From Candidatus Iainarchaeum sp. (GTDB lineage Archaea > Iainarchaeota > Iainarchaeia > JAADDC01): DNA of 32,000 bases. The notes beneath the pieces are model-generated. The model was not told the DNA's origin. It was given only the letters and a program-made list of their open reading frames with translations, and ran no database searches. The stretch spans positions 1 to 32,000 of the forward strand of contig JASUTF010000002.1 of the NCBI GenBank assembly GCA_030445695.1. Reading direction: 5' to 3'. Of the stretch, positions 8,806 to 17,080 are shown one piece after another. The first letter of the stretch is position 1, and each line of letters begins with the position of its first letter. A program made the position numbers and the translations under genes.

Positions 8806-10016
8806 CAGAACACCCTGATCTCGCCGTTTATGAGCTTGTCCACCACATCCATGATGTTGTCAAGGTGCTTGTGGACGATTTCTTCCGCCTCTGGCTGAAC
8901 TTCCTTTAGTTTCGTGCCCTTCTCCGGGAGGAGCTTGACGTGAATGATCTCCGGGTCGTCTATGGGCTTCCCTATTCTGCTGAGGAGGTAGACGTATGCC
9001 TCGTGGACGCCGGAGACGTTTTCATAAATGTCCTTGGCGATCTGGTTCGCCACGACGTTGTATATCTTGCCCACGTGGTTCACAGGGTTTTTGCCGGCAG
9101 CCGCCTCGAGGGACATCCCGCGGGCCGGTGTTATGAGCCCGTTCACCCTGTTACCGCGTCCTACCGATCCGTCGTCGCCCGCCTCAGCAGAGAGACCGGT
9201 GACGGTCAGGTAAACAACACCGTTCTCTATGTCGTCGGCCGTGTTTACGTGAATCTCCACTTCCTTATCGGTTATGTTCTCGGCCAATTCTCGCACCGTC
9301 TCAAAGATCGCCGCCTTCGTCTCGAGGTACTCCTGCACGTTGTTCAGCTCGGAGTCCACCATAGCAGCGGCGATGGTGAGTTCGATCTTGTTGTTCTTTC
9401 GGACCGCCATAACCTTGATGTCCTCACCCACGGCGGGGTACTCGCGCTTGAACGCGTCGGAGTTCAGGAACCTCTCCGTCTCGAGGGTGAGCGCCTCCGT
9501 CTCGGTGAGCGGGGCATAACCGACGCCCAAGGACGTGTCGTTGGCCAGAGGTATCCCATTCTTTCGCTGCTCAAAGAGGTGTTTCAGGTCCACAGACCCG
9601 TGTCCTATCTTGGATTCGATAATAACGTGGCTTTCCACGTCTAGGTGCCTGAAATTCTCCCAGAGGAAGTCCTTGGCCGCCTCAATAGCGATGCGATGAA
9701 CAGGAATCCATTCACCATCGACCATGCTCGTCGCACGACCAGAGAGAAGGATGTATATGGGCTTGATGACCTCGCCGCCACCCCACATGGGCCGGGAACG
9801 GCCCCCGACAACCTCCACCTGGTCCGTGTTGTGGTGCAGAACAGTCCCGAAGAGGTGAACATACTCGGCGCAGAGGGCCCTGCTCACTGCCTCCGCGATT
9901 CCGTCCGCGATAGAATCCGGGTGGCCCACACCCTTTCTTTCGACGATCTCGACTGCCTGCTCCTCCACAGGAATTGCCTGAACAGTGTCAATTACCACGT
10001 TCCTTTTCCCGGCCAT
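8805..10016 (-). CDS. mat: Archaeal-type S-adenosylmethionine synthetase (methionine adenosyltransferase)
   Basis: [48 protein letters not shown]-like region, [35 protein letters not shown]. Confidence 0.95.
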   Translation of the reverse strand: MAGKRNVVIDTVQAIPVEEQAVEIVERKGVGHPDSIADGIAEAVSRALCAEYVHLFGTVLHHNTDQVEVVGGRSRPMWGGGEVIKPIYILLSGRATSMVDGEWIPVHRIAIEAAKDFLWENFRHLDVESHVIIESKIGHGSVDLKHLFEQRKNGIPLANDTSLGVGYAPLTETEALTLETERFLNSDAFKREYPAVGEDIKVMAVRKNNKIELTIAAAMVDSELNNVQEYLETKAAIFETVRELAENITDKEVEIHVNTADDIENGVVYLTVTGLSAEAGDDGSVGRGNRVNGLITPARGMSLEAAAGKNPVNHVGKIYNVVANQIAKDIYENVSGVHEAYVYLLSRIGKPIDDPEIIHVKLLPEKGTKLKEVQPEAEEIVHKHLDNIMDVVDKLINGEIRVF

Positions 10017-10042
10017 CGAGAGAAAAAGAGGGAAAATGCTTA

Positions 10043-10321
10043 TTATTGTTTCCGGGTGGTAACGGCAATCGCCACCGCGAGCTCCGGGTAGCGGGCGATG
10101 GCAAGTCCATCCTCGGGGCTTGCAAATATAATGATACGTTCGCCGTCTTTTTCAAGTTCTGCGTAGATTCTCTCCCTCCCGTAGGGAGAATACGACTCTA
10201 CGTAGCGTTTTAATTCGTAACCCGCGTCCACGTGCCTCTGAACCTCGTAACGGGCAAAAAGCAATGCCTCGTCCCAATATCCGTCGTCAAACACAACCCT
10301 TTCAATCACGTCGGCTATCAT
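10043..10321 (-). CDS. Hypothetical small protein (92 aa)
   Basis: [41 protein letters not shown]...; intergenic position compatible with a real gene. Confidence 0.55.
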   Translation of the reverse strand: MIADVIERVVFDDGYWDEALLFARYEVQRHVDAGYELKRYVESYSPYGRERIYAELEKDGERIIIFASPEDGLAIARYPELAVAIAVTTRKQ

Positions 10322-10373
10322 GTTTGGAGAACGGAACCGTTTTATAAAGGGTTTTTGGAACAGTTGCTTTCCC

Positions 10374-10532
10374 CTAACCTTCCGCAGTGTTTAGGTTCAG
10401 ATCGACCGGTAGGGACGTTATGCCTATGGCCATGCCCGTCGTCGTCCACTGGTACCATGCGAGTGCCAGAAAGAGCACTGCAAGCAGCACGAACGCGAAC
10501 GCCAGCCATATGAACAGGGAATCTATTCCCAT
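10374..10532 (-). CDS. Small single-TM membrane protein (52 aa)
   Basis: Read from sequence (below the ORF track cutoff): MGIDSLFIWLAFAFVLLAVLFLALAWYQWTTTGMAIGITSLPVDLNLNTAEG*. Start 28 nt from the shared AT-rich box at 10552-10565. Confidence 0.5.
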   Translation of the reverse strand: MGIDSLFIWLAFAFVLLAVLFLALAWYQWTTTGMAIGITSLPVDLNLNTAEG

Positions 10533-10551
10533 GCAAGAAGATATTTGGTAG

Positions 10552-10565
10552 AAGAAATATAAATA
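10552..10565. promoter_or_regulatory. Shared TATA-like element for divergent genes at 10532 (-) and 10585 (+)
   Basis: AAATATAAATAT located about 25 nt before the + ATG and about 28 nt before the - ATG. Confidence 0.5.
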
Positions 10566-10584
10566 TCCAACACGTGTTTAACAT

Positions 10585-11243
10585 ATGTCCCTGCGGTTCT
10601 TTGGGGAGAAGAAAAGAAAGGAGCCGCCCCGGGAAAGGCCGGTCTTCGATGGAGCGAGCGAAAAGACGAAAATGAAAGATTTACTTGCCAGCGTACACAA
10701 AGCGGAAGAGCAGCAGAGAAAACTTACCGAAAAAGAGCGGGAGAAGATACACAACCTCCTCGACGCCTTCGCAGGAGTATTAGGTGCCGAAGACCACAGA
10801 GTCCGCCACGACTCGCATTACTACGTTCTGAAAATGGAGGACGGATATCACCTTCTCCGGGTGGGCTACAGGGGAATCGAAAACCAGCTGAGCTTCCGTG
10901 TACTGAAACTGGGGACAAGCGCGTAGACCTCGAGAAAGCGATCGAACACATGGACAGGATTGCAGACAGATTCCACGGTATTGAGTTCGACGCAAAATAC
11001 ATGGGCGGTGCTCTGGCTAAAAAGATATTGGAAGATCTTCTGGAAACACTAAAAGATGCTTACGGCGAGGAGAGAGTGAAGCAGATCATAAAGCCCGCTG
11101 AGAGGGAGGATGCAAGGAAGATCTACGATGTGTTGCGAAAGATCTACCACGAATCAATGCTGCCTCAACCAGAGTCGGAAGAAGATCTGGAGAACCTGAA
11201 AAAGGAAATACTCAGAAGGATTCGCGAAATGCAAAATGAGTGA
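10585..11243 (+). pseudogene. Hypothetical coiled/charged protein gene split by an apparent -1 frameshift
   Basis: ORF 10585..10926 (113 aa) ends at TAG 10924; ORF 10950..11243 (97 aa) is in frame 0 and its upstream codons read TETGDKRVDLEKAIEHMDRIADRFHG, a natural continuation of ...NQLSFRV. Confidence 0.55.
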
Positions 11244-11246
11244 GAG

Positions 11247-11320
11247 AGCCCCGGGCGGGATTTGAACCCGCGACCTCTCGCTTACCAAGCGAGCGCTCTA
11301 CCAGGCTGAGCTACCGGGGC
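11247..11320 (-). tRNA. tRNA-Thr(GGT)
   Basis: Reverse strand GCCCCGGTAGCTCAGCCTGGTAGAGCGCTCGCTTGGTAAGCGAGAGGTCGCGGGTTCAAATCCCGCCCGGGGCT; acceptor GCCCCGG/CCGGGGC, anticodon stem CTCGC/GCGAG, loop TTGGTAA. No CCA encoded. Confidence 0.95.
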
Positions 11321-11450
11321 GACCATGCGAACCAACGATATTCTACTGTGCTGTGTGGTCGGTTGCTCCGCAACCGGCCTCGCGGACCCGCGGGCCGCGT
11401 CGGCCCCTGAGCTACCGGGGCACGCTTTCAATGAAAGGGAAGGAATGTTT

Positions 11451-12374
11451 TTAACCCTGTGGCCTCTTCCCGCCGATCCCCGTGACGAGCTTGAAGACGG
11501 CGGCAACCACGAATGCAACCCACTCTGCAAAGAGCGTTATGATCGAGTAGAGCATCGCGCCGACAAACGCGTAAATGTAGTGCACGTTCTCGAAAACAGA
11601 GCGGAAAACAGGCATCTCGCGAATCTGCCGCTCTATGGCCGACCTCATAACATTCTCGTCCGGGGACTTAATGCTCAATGCGAGCGCCTCCCGGATGCCC
11701 TTCTTTATGCCCTCATACTGCTCAAGATACTGGTTGATGAGCTCCTGTTGCTGCTCCGGCGAGAGGGAATCCCAGTTGGGCACCGAACTCTTGACGCTTT
11801 CTATGATCTTTTCACGCTCCTCGGGAGTTATGCCCTCGGGAATGATCTGGTTCACGTCCAGAATGTTTTTCTGCGAACCCGCACCGGTGAGTGCCAGTTC
11901 AACTATGCGGTCCACGAGGAGGGGCTGGAGGGTGCCAGCCATTGTGGAACCGTGATATATGAGAACAACGAGCACTAGGGCAAAACCCAAACTCTTGGGC
12001 GACGAAACGGTGTGCCAGACCCCCATCTTGCACGGATCATCGCTGGAGACGGGCAGGATACCCCCTGCAACGGTCGCCACGATAAAGGCAGAGACAATTG
12101 GATCCAGACCCAGCAGCACCGCGCCCAGGACCGCAACGGTCAGTTCAACAGCCCAGTAGATGACCCTCTGGCGTCTGCTGTCGGAGGACCAGCGGAGAAG
12201 GAAGACGGACAGCAGAACAGCAGTTAGGGGAATAACAAGACCGGCTGCGGACCGGAGGAGCATCATATCGGGAATTACAATGGATTCAGGTGAAAACGAC
12301 ACGCCAGTGACAAGTATCTCCGCAAGGACCGTGAGAACCACCGCAGCAACCGCCAGTACGTATCGATCGCCCAT
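11451..12374 (-). CDS. Hypothetical membrane protein (307 aa)
   Basis: N-terminal and C-terminal hydrophobic segments around a charged middle region (SPEQQQELINQYLEQYEGIKKGI). Confidence 0.7.
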   Translation of the reverse strand: MGDRYVLAVAAVVLTVLAEILVTGVSFSPESIVIPDMMLLRSAAGLVIPLTAVLLSVFLLRWSSDSRRQRVIYWAVELTVAVLGAVLLGLDPIVSAFIVATVAGGILPVSSDDPCKMGVWHTVSSPKSLGFALVLVVLIYHGSTMAGTLQPLLVDRIVELALTGAGSQKNILDVNQIIPEGITPEEREKIIESVKSSVPNWDSLSPEQQQELINQYLEQYEGIKKGIREALALSIKSPDENVMRSAIERQIREMPVFRSVFENVHYIYAFVGAMLYSIITLFAEWVAFVVAAVFKLVTGIGGKRPQG

Positions 12375-12380
12375 TCTCCC

Positions 12381-13277
12381 TCACCAACTTACAAGGTCGA
12401 AGACATCTATAAGGATTTCCGCCCCGTCGGGCTCCACAACCACCGTTGTCTCGAACTGGCCCACTGCCGCGCCCTTCTGCTCCATCAGAATCGGATACTG
12501 GTGCAGGGACCCCAGCTTCGCCAGTTCGAACAGTGCCATCCGCCCCTGCAGTCCAAACTCCCGCTCGATCCACTTCTGGGCAAAGGGAAGCGGGCCATAT
12601 TCTTTCTCTATGTGGGAAAGAACCTTCTTGGCCAGGGGAGTCCTCGCCCTCGCACGCTGGAGGGAGAATATCGTGACGCTGGGACCGTTGTTCACGTAAC
12701 CCCTGCCGTCCGTCATAAACGGCTCAATGGCTATCTGCATGCCCTCTTCTATGACTGCTCGGCCCTCAGGAACGTTAGGAATGAAAAGACCTGCGTGCAA
12801 GTTGTATCTTTTAATTTCATGGCCCCCCAGGTTCGATATGGGCCTGACACCGTACTTCTTCGCCACGTCTGATATTACCTTCCCGATCTCAGATACCTGC
12901 ATGCCGGGCCGTATTGCGTGTACTGCCTCGCTCAGCGCCTCGTACGCTGCCCTTGCAACCGAGACGTAGAAATCGTCGAGCACGTAGGTGAAAGCGGCGT
13001 CGGATATCCAGCCGTCTACGTGGGCGCCCGCGTCAATCTTCACCAGCTTTCCGCTCGAGAAGTCCGCCGTCTCCGTGTCCGTGGGTGAGAAATGGGCGGC
13101 CACGTGGTCCACTCCAACGTTACACGGGAATGCGTTCCTTGCCTCCTCCAGAATGGCCTGCTCCACGGAGTCCGCCACTGCCAGACCCGAACGCTCTCCA
13201 GAATCAATCTTCCTGAAAGCATTCCGCAGGGCCCTCTCCAGAACTTTACCAGATCTGCGGAGCGCATCCGGATCCAT
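12381..13277 (-). CDS. map: Methionine aminopeptidase, type II (archaeal)
   Basis: VGVDHVAAHFSPTDTE, GKLVKIDAGAHVDGWISDAAFTY, NLGGHEIKRYNLHAGLFIPN, EEGMQIAIEPFMTDGRGYV, C-terminal QFETTVVVEPDGAEIL. Confidence 0.95.
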   Translation of the reverse strand: MDPDALRRSGKVLERALRNAFRKIDSGERSGLAVADSVEQAILEEARNAFPCNVGVDHVAAHFSPTDTETADFSSGKLVKIDAGAHVDGWISDAAFTYVLDDFYVSVARAAYEALSEAVHAIRPGMQVSEIGKVISDVAKKYGVRPISNLGGHEIKRYNLHAGLFIPNVPEGRAVIEEGMQIAIEPFMTDGRGYVNNGPSVTIFSLQRARARTPLAKKVLSHIEKEYGPLPFAQKWIEREFGLQGRMALFELAKLGSLHQYPILMEQKGAAVGQFETTVVVEPDGAEILIDVFDLVSW

Positions 13278-13283
13278 TCCGCA

Positions 13284-14090
13284 TCACTCGACAAAAAGCA
13301 TACTGACCGCTCCCGGGCCGGCGTGCACCACGATAACGGGGCTAAGGAGCACCTTCTCCTCTACTTTGATACCCCTATAGTTCAAGTGTTCCTCCAGTGC
13401 CTTTCCGTCGTCCCCTCCAGGCGCGTAGGCCATTAAAACGGACTCTGAGCCCGCGAGAGCAGCCATCTCCGCCCATAGTTTGTTCTTGCGAACCGTGTTC
13501 TCAAGATCCACCCTGCCCTCACGGATCGTCAGTATCGGGCGGATACCCACTATCTTGGCCAGTGTCGCCTTGAACGGGTCGAGACGTCCCCCTGCAACAA
13601 GGTAGTCAAGCGTGGGGACTGCAAAGTATATTCTGATCCTGCTCCTCAGCGCCTCAAGGGCGGGTATCACTTCCTCAATGGTTTTCCCTTCGTCCCGCAG
13701 GCGCAGGGCCTCACGGACGAGAATGCCGATGCCCGCGGACACGGACAGCGAGTCGAAAACGTGGAGATTTACTCCCTTCTTTTTCATGAGGTTTGAAGCG
13801 ATAAGGGCTGCGTTGTACAGGCCGGAGAGCCGGGATGATAACGTTATGTAAAGCACGTCTCCTTCCATCCCCTCCACGGCGGACATGATCTGCTTTGGCG
13901 ACGGCTGACTCGTCTTAACCTTGCCCGGCTTCATCTCGCGGATATAACTGAGCACGTCTTCCTTTGATATGGTTCCCGGATACGTGTACTCCTCTTCGCC
14001 TATGAAAACATTGATGGGAACCTTGAGCACGTCCTCCGGCGTTCCGCTGAGCAGGTCGGCACCGCCGTCTACCACGATTTCAAACGCCAC
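13284..14090 (-). CDS. DegV family protein (FakB-like), second paralog
   Basis: MAFEIVVDGGADLLSG (GTG start at 14090; alternative ATG 14111), SSRLSGLYNAALIA, LDYLVAGGRLDPFKATLAKIVGIRPI, HAGPGAVSM. Confidence 0.85.
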   Translation of the reverse strand: MAFEIVVDGGADLLSGTPEDVLKVPINVFIGEEEYTYPGTISKEDVLSYIREMKPGKVKTSQPSPKQIMSAVEGMEGDVLYITLSSRLSGLYNAALIASNLMKKKGVNLHVFDSLSVSAGIGILVREALRLRDEGKTIEEVIPALEALRSRIRIYFAVPTLDYLVAGGRLDPFKATLAKIVGIRPILTIREGRVDLENTVRKNKLWAEMAALAGSESVLMAYAPGGDDGKALEEHLNYRGIKVEEKVLLSPVIVVHAGPGAVSMLFVE

Positions 14091-14109
14091 GTTCCAATAT
14101 GGCACGATC

Positions 14110-14118
14110 ATTTAAAAC
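14110..14118. promoter_or_regulatory. Shared TATA-like box between divergent degV2 (-) and 14140 gene (+)
   Basis: ATTTAAAAC lies about 25 nt from GTG 14090 (-) and about 26 nt from ATG 14140 (+). Confidence 0.5.
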
Positions 14119-14139
14119 CCTGTATCCCCGTTCTACTAG

Positions 14140-14598
14140 ATGGACTATAACGCGGCCATTCTGGTACTCCTCTCGCTTGCCCCGACAATCGAGACAAGGT
14201 ACACGATTCCCCTTGCCATCGCAGCTGGCTACAACCCCCTAATCGTTTTTGCAACTGCATCTGTTCTCACGTTTGTCCTGACAGCGGCACTGGCATACGG
14301 GTTGTGGATTCTGGAACTGCTGATACGTAAAATACCCATCATCCGGGATCTCTGGGAGAGATATGTTAACAGTGCCCGGAGAAGAGTGCGTCCCTACGTT
14401 GAGAAGTACGGTGCTCCTGGCGTAATACTTTTCGTGGCGGTACCGCTGCCCGGAACCGGTGTATGGACTGGCAGCATTGCAGGATACCTCCTGGGGATCG
14501 AACCAAAGAAACTGATGATATACACAACGATAGGGGGTATAATAGCCAACATTATCACATTTTTTGTGAGCGTGGGCGTCATCACAATGATTTTGTAA
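14140..14598 (+). CDS. Small multidrug export family membrane protein (COG2426/PF06695-like)
   Basis: LAPTIETRYTIPLAIAAGYNP ... FVAVPLPGTGVWTGSIAGYLLGI signature. Confidence 0.75.
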   Translation: MDYNAAILVLLSLAPTIETRYTIPLAIAAGYNPLIVFATASVLTFVLTAALAYGLWILELLIRKIPIIRDLWERYVNSARRRVRPYVEKYGAPGVILFVAVPLPGTGVWTGSIAGYLLGIEPKKLMIYTTIGGIIANIITFFVSVGVITMIL

Positions 14599-14692
14599 GA
14601 AATTAAAGAAAAAAGTCAAGAATTTGAAGTAACTCCAAGTTTTTTACAAACTATGCATTTTATATTCTATTACTGGGTGTATTTACTATACG

Positions 14693-15097
14693 GTGGTTAC
14701 AATGGTTACCGTTATGCTCCCGGGTCTCCGGGGAGTAAAGGCAGAGAGGGAGTTGCTGAAACTTGCCGCAAAACTCAAGCACAAGTATGATATTCACTAC
14801 GACAGAAACGCCAACGATGAGTTTGAAGCACTCTACGGCATTCTCAAGGGTCTTGATGAGATCATAGAAGATCTGAAGAAAAGAGAGTACGAGGTGGACA
14901 AGACAAAGGCGTTCATAGATGCCATCATCTCGGAAAAAGGCGAGATAACTGCGGAGGGCGTCTACGTCTGGCCCAGGCATCTGAAGGAAGAGGCAGAAGA
15001 ACTTGGAGTTGACTGGGAAGAGTTTAAGGAAGAACTGAAGAAGGCAGGAGTTATTGAGTTTGACCCGAAGAACAAAAAGTACAAGGTGAAGCTCTGA
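14693..15097 (+). CDS. Hypothetical protein (134 aa)
   Basis: Isolated open frame with charged helical content; TATA-like TTTATATTC about 30 nt upstream; exact start uncertain. Confidence 0.6.
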   Translation: MVTMVTVMLPGLRGVKAERELLKLAAKLKHKYDIHYDRNANDEFEALYGILKGLDEIIEDLKKREYEVDKTKAFIDAIISEKGEITAEGVYVWPRHLKEEAEELGVDWEEFKEELKKAGVIEFDPKNKKYKVKL

Positions 15098-15127
15098 TTT
15101 TTATCTTCTTTTACCCTTCCTAATAAC

Positions 15128-15292
15128 ATGAGTTACCAGTCGCTCGCGCTGGCGTTTTTCACGGGGTTTGTGGTTGGAGTAATTTTCAGGGCTTTGAAGC
15201 TCCCGATCCCCGCACCAAACACGTGGGAGGGCATTCTCGGAATACTGGGCATATTCATCGGCTATATGATACTAAAAACACTGGGTGTCTGA
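15128..15292 (+). CDS. XapX-like small membrane protein (54 aa)
   Basis: Read from sequence (below ORF track cutoff): MSYQSLALAFFTGFVVGVIFRALKLPIPAPNTWEGILGILGIFIGYMILKTLGV*; matches XapX/DUF1427 layout (TM, PxPAP, GILGI, TM). Confidence 0.7.
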   Translation: MSYQSLALAFFTGFVVGVIFRALKLPIPAPNTWEGILGILGIFIGYMILKTLGV

Positions 15293-15293
15293 C

Positions 15294-16028
15294 ATGACGG
15301 AAGAACTATACCTTGAGGACCACTACTTGAAGGAGTTCGACGCGACCGTCGTGGAAGTAGGAGAGGATTACATCGTCCTGGACAAAACAGCATTCTTTCC
15401 GCGCGCCTCCGGACTGGAGGGGGACACGGGAAAGATCGTGACAGAAGACGGTAAAGAGTACAGGGTGATCGGCGGGAAAAGAGTTGAGGGAAAGGTTCTT
15501 CATTTCCTCGAGACAACGGAAGGGCTCGAACCGGGCATGAAGGTTCACGGAGTGATCGACTGGGAGAACCGTTACCGTCAGATGCGGCTGCACACGGCAT
15601 CGCACATCGTTGCGTCGCTTTTCTACCAGAAGTACGGTGCAGAAATTACTGGGGGCCACATAACAGCGGAGAAGGCAAGGGACATGCTCAATGTTGATCA
15701 ACTGACGCCGGAGATGATTGACGAGGTGTTCTCAGAGGCCAACGAGATCGTGAAGAAGGAACTCCCGGTCAAGGTCTACTGGCTCTCCCGTGAAGAGGCG
15801 TTAAAAATTCCGGGAGTCGTGAAACTGGCGGCCCGCATGCCCCCGAACATCGAGCGCTGGAGAATCGTGGAGATCCCGGGAGTAGACATGCAAGCGGACG
15901 GCGGCCCACACGTGGCGAACACCAAGGAGATCGGCGAGATCGTCTTCCTCAAGAAGGAGAACAAGGGGAAAGGCAAGAAAACGATACATTTCACGGTGAA
16001 GCCGCAACTACTCTTCCCAGAACCTTAA
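15294..16028 (+). CDS. alaX: Alanyl-tRNA editing protein AlaX
   Basis: RQMRLHTASHIVASLFYQKYGAEITGGHI and DMQADGGPHVANTKEIGEIVFLKKENKGKGKKTIHF (HxxxH and metal-site Cys-like region replaced by DMQADGGPH). Confidence 0.85.
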   Translation: MTEELYLEDHYLKEFDATVVEVGEDYIVLDKTAFFPRASGLEGDTGKIVTEDGKEYRVIGGKRVEGKVLHFLETTEGLEPGMKVHGVIDWENRYRQMRLHTASHIVASLFYQKYGAEITGGHITAEKARDMLNVDQLTPEMIDEVFSEANEIVKKELPVKVYWLSREEALKIPGVVKLAARMPPNIERWRIVEIPGVDMQADGGPHVANTKEIGEIVFLKKENKGKGKKTIHFTVKPQLLFPEP

Positions 16029-16087
16029 TCTTATCCTTCTTCCAGATGCAGCACGCCAGGTGGCCCCTGCGACAAATGAACCTATGA

Positions 16088-16330
16088 TTATGAAGCCCTC
16101 CAGATAGTTCGTTCCACGTGTTCATCTCCATGAACCGGGGGGTTTCCCCGTGTTTCGCCAGAGAGTGGGTTCTCGATTTCTTCCGCGGTGTTTGATATAA
16201 GACCGGACCCCTCATACGCCAGAAATATGAGAAAAACCGCGGCAAGTCCGAGGACAGAGAATATGCCACCGCCGATCATACCGCCGATGCCGATCGCCAC
16301 TGCATCCCACAGCCCGATTGTCCTACGCAC
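16088..16330 (-). pseudogene. Internally deleted APC-family amino acid permease remnant
   Basis: RRTIGLWDAVAIGIGGMIGGGIFSVLGLA (TM1 signature) joined directly to VFLIFLAYEGSGLISNTAEEIENP (mid-protein signature), then unrelated sequence and a stop. Confidence 0.75.
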
Positions 16331-16393
16331 AAGGAATGGAACGAATCCAGCATTTTTAAATCCTCTGCACCAAAATACACCTGCGAGCCAGCA

Positions 16394-16466
16394 GCGCCGG
16401 TAGTCTAGCCTGGTAGGACGTCGGCCTTCCACGCCGACGACCCGGGTTCGAATCCCGGCCGGCGCA
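16394..16466 (+). tRNA. tRNA-Gly(TCC)
   Basis: GCGCCGGTAGTCTAGCCTGGTAGGACGTCGGCCTTCCACGCCGACGACCCGGGTTCGAATCCCGGCCGGCGCA; acceptor GCGCCGG/CCGGCGC, anticodon loop CTTCCAC. TTTTTAAAT about 38 nt upstream. Confidence 0.95.
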
Positions 16467-16480
16467 TTTCATTCTTCGAG

Positions 16481-17053
16481 TTATAGCACACCCCTTGCGT
16501 CGATCAGCACTGGTAGCCCGCGCAGCAGTGAGAATAGCACGAGATATAGTGAATACCAGAAGGAGAATTGCCAGGAGAAGGGAACAACCCCATAGCGCAT
16601 AAGCGTGAGCACAAGGAAGAAAAGCACCTTGGAAACGCCATAGAGCCCGCGGACAAAACGGCTCTTCACGAAGGTCCTTCCCCACCAGGAGCGCATCATA
16701 CCGTAAACGGAAACGTTCTTCCCTGCAGCGCGGCCCCGAATGGCATCGGTAAGGGCAGCACGGGAGAGAACGATGATCGGGGCCCAAGCCGGGACGTAGT
16801 CGATCGCAAGGAACATCAGCCAGAGAACGATTTCCGTCATTCTATCTCCGACCACGTCCAGAAGCGATCCAATAACCGTCTCGCACTTGTAGCGCCTCGC
16901 CACGTACCCGTCCAGCGAATCCATGGCGAACGCGATTATAAGGAGGATAACTGAAAGCCACCACGGCCCCCACGCGTAGTATACAAGAACAGCAACCACA
17001 AAAACGAGGACCGTCCTGATAATCGTGATCCAGTCGGCAGGAGTCACGGTCAA
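16481..17053 (-). CDS. CDP-alcohol phosphatidyltransferase
   Basis: MDSLDGYVARRYKCETVIGSLLDVVGDR matches DGxxAR(x8)GxxxDxxxD; multi-TM. Confidence 0.88.
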   Translation of the reverse strand: MTVTPADWITIIRTVLVFVVAVLVYYAWGPWWLSVILLIIAFAMDSLDGYVARRYKCETVIGSLLDVVGDRMTEIVLWLMFLAIDYVPAWAPIIVLSRAALTDAIRGRAAGKNVSVYGMMRSWWGRTFVKSRFVRGLYGVSKVLFFLVLTLMRYGVVPFSWQFSFWYSLYLVLFSLLRGLPVLIDARGVL

Positions 17054-17080
17054 AAAAAAGAAAAGGTTGTATAAAAAGGT

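Noticed and set aside
8940-9644. 234-aa plus-strand ORF
   Set aside because: Fully antisense to the methionine adenosyltransferase gene, no motif.
10342-10584. 80-aa minus-strand ORF MLNTCWIFIFLLPN...
   Set aside because: Starts upstream of the AT-rich promoter element and overlaps a better 52-aa TM ORF (10374-10532) in another frame.
11407-11421. attL/attR-type direct repeat of a tRNA, marking an integrated element
   Set aside because: The repeat is the tRNA 5' part, only about 100 nt away, with no integrase or cargo between the copies.
11325-11978. 217-aa plus-strand ORF
   Set aside because: Antisense to the 307-aa membrane protein gene; Arg/Leu/His-rich shadow translation crossing the tRNA leader, with no recognisable domain.
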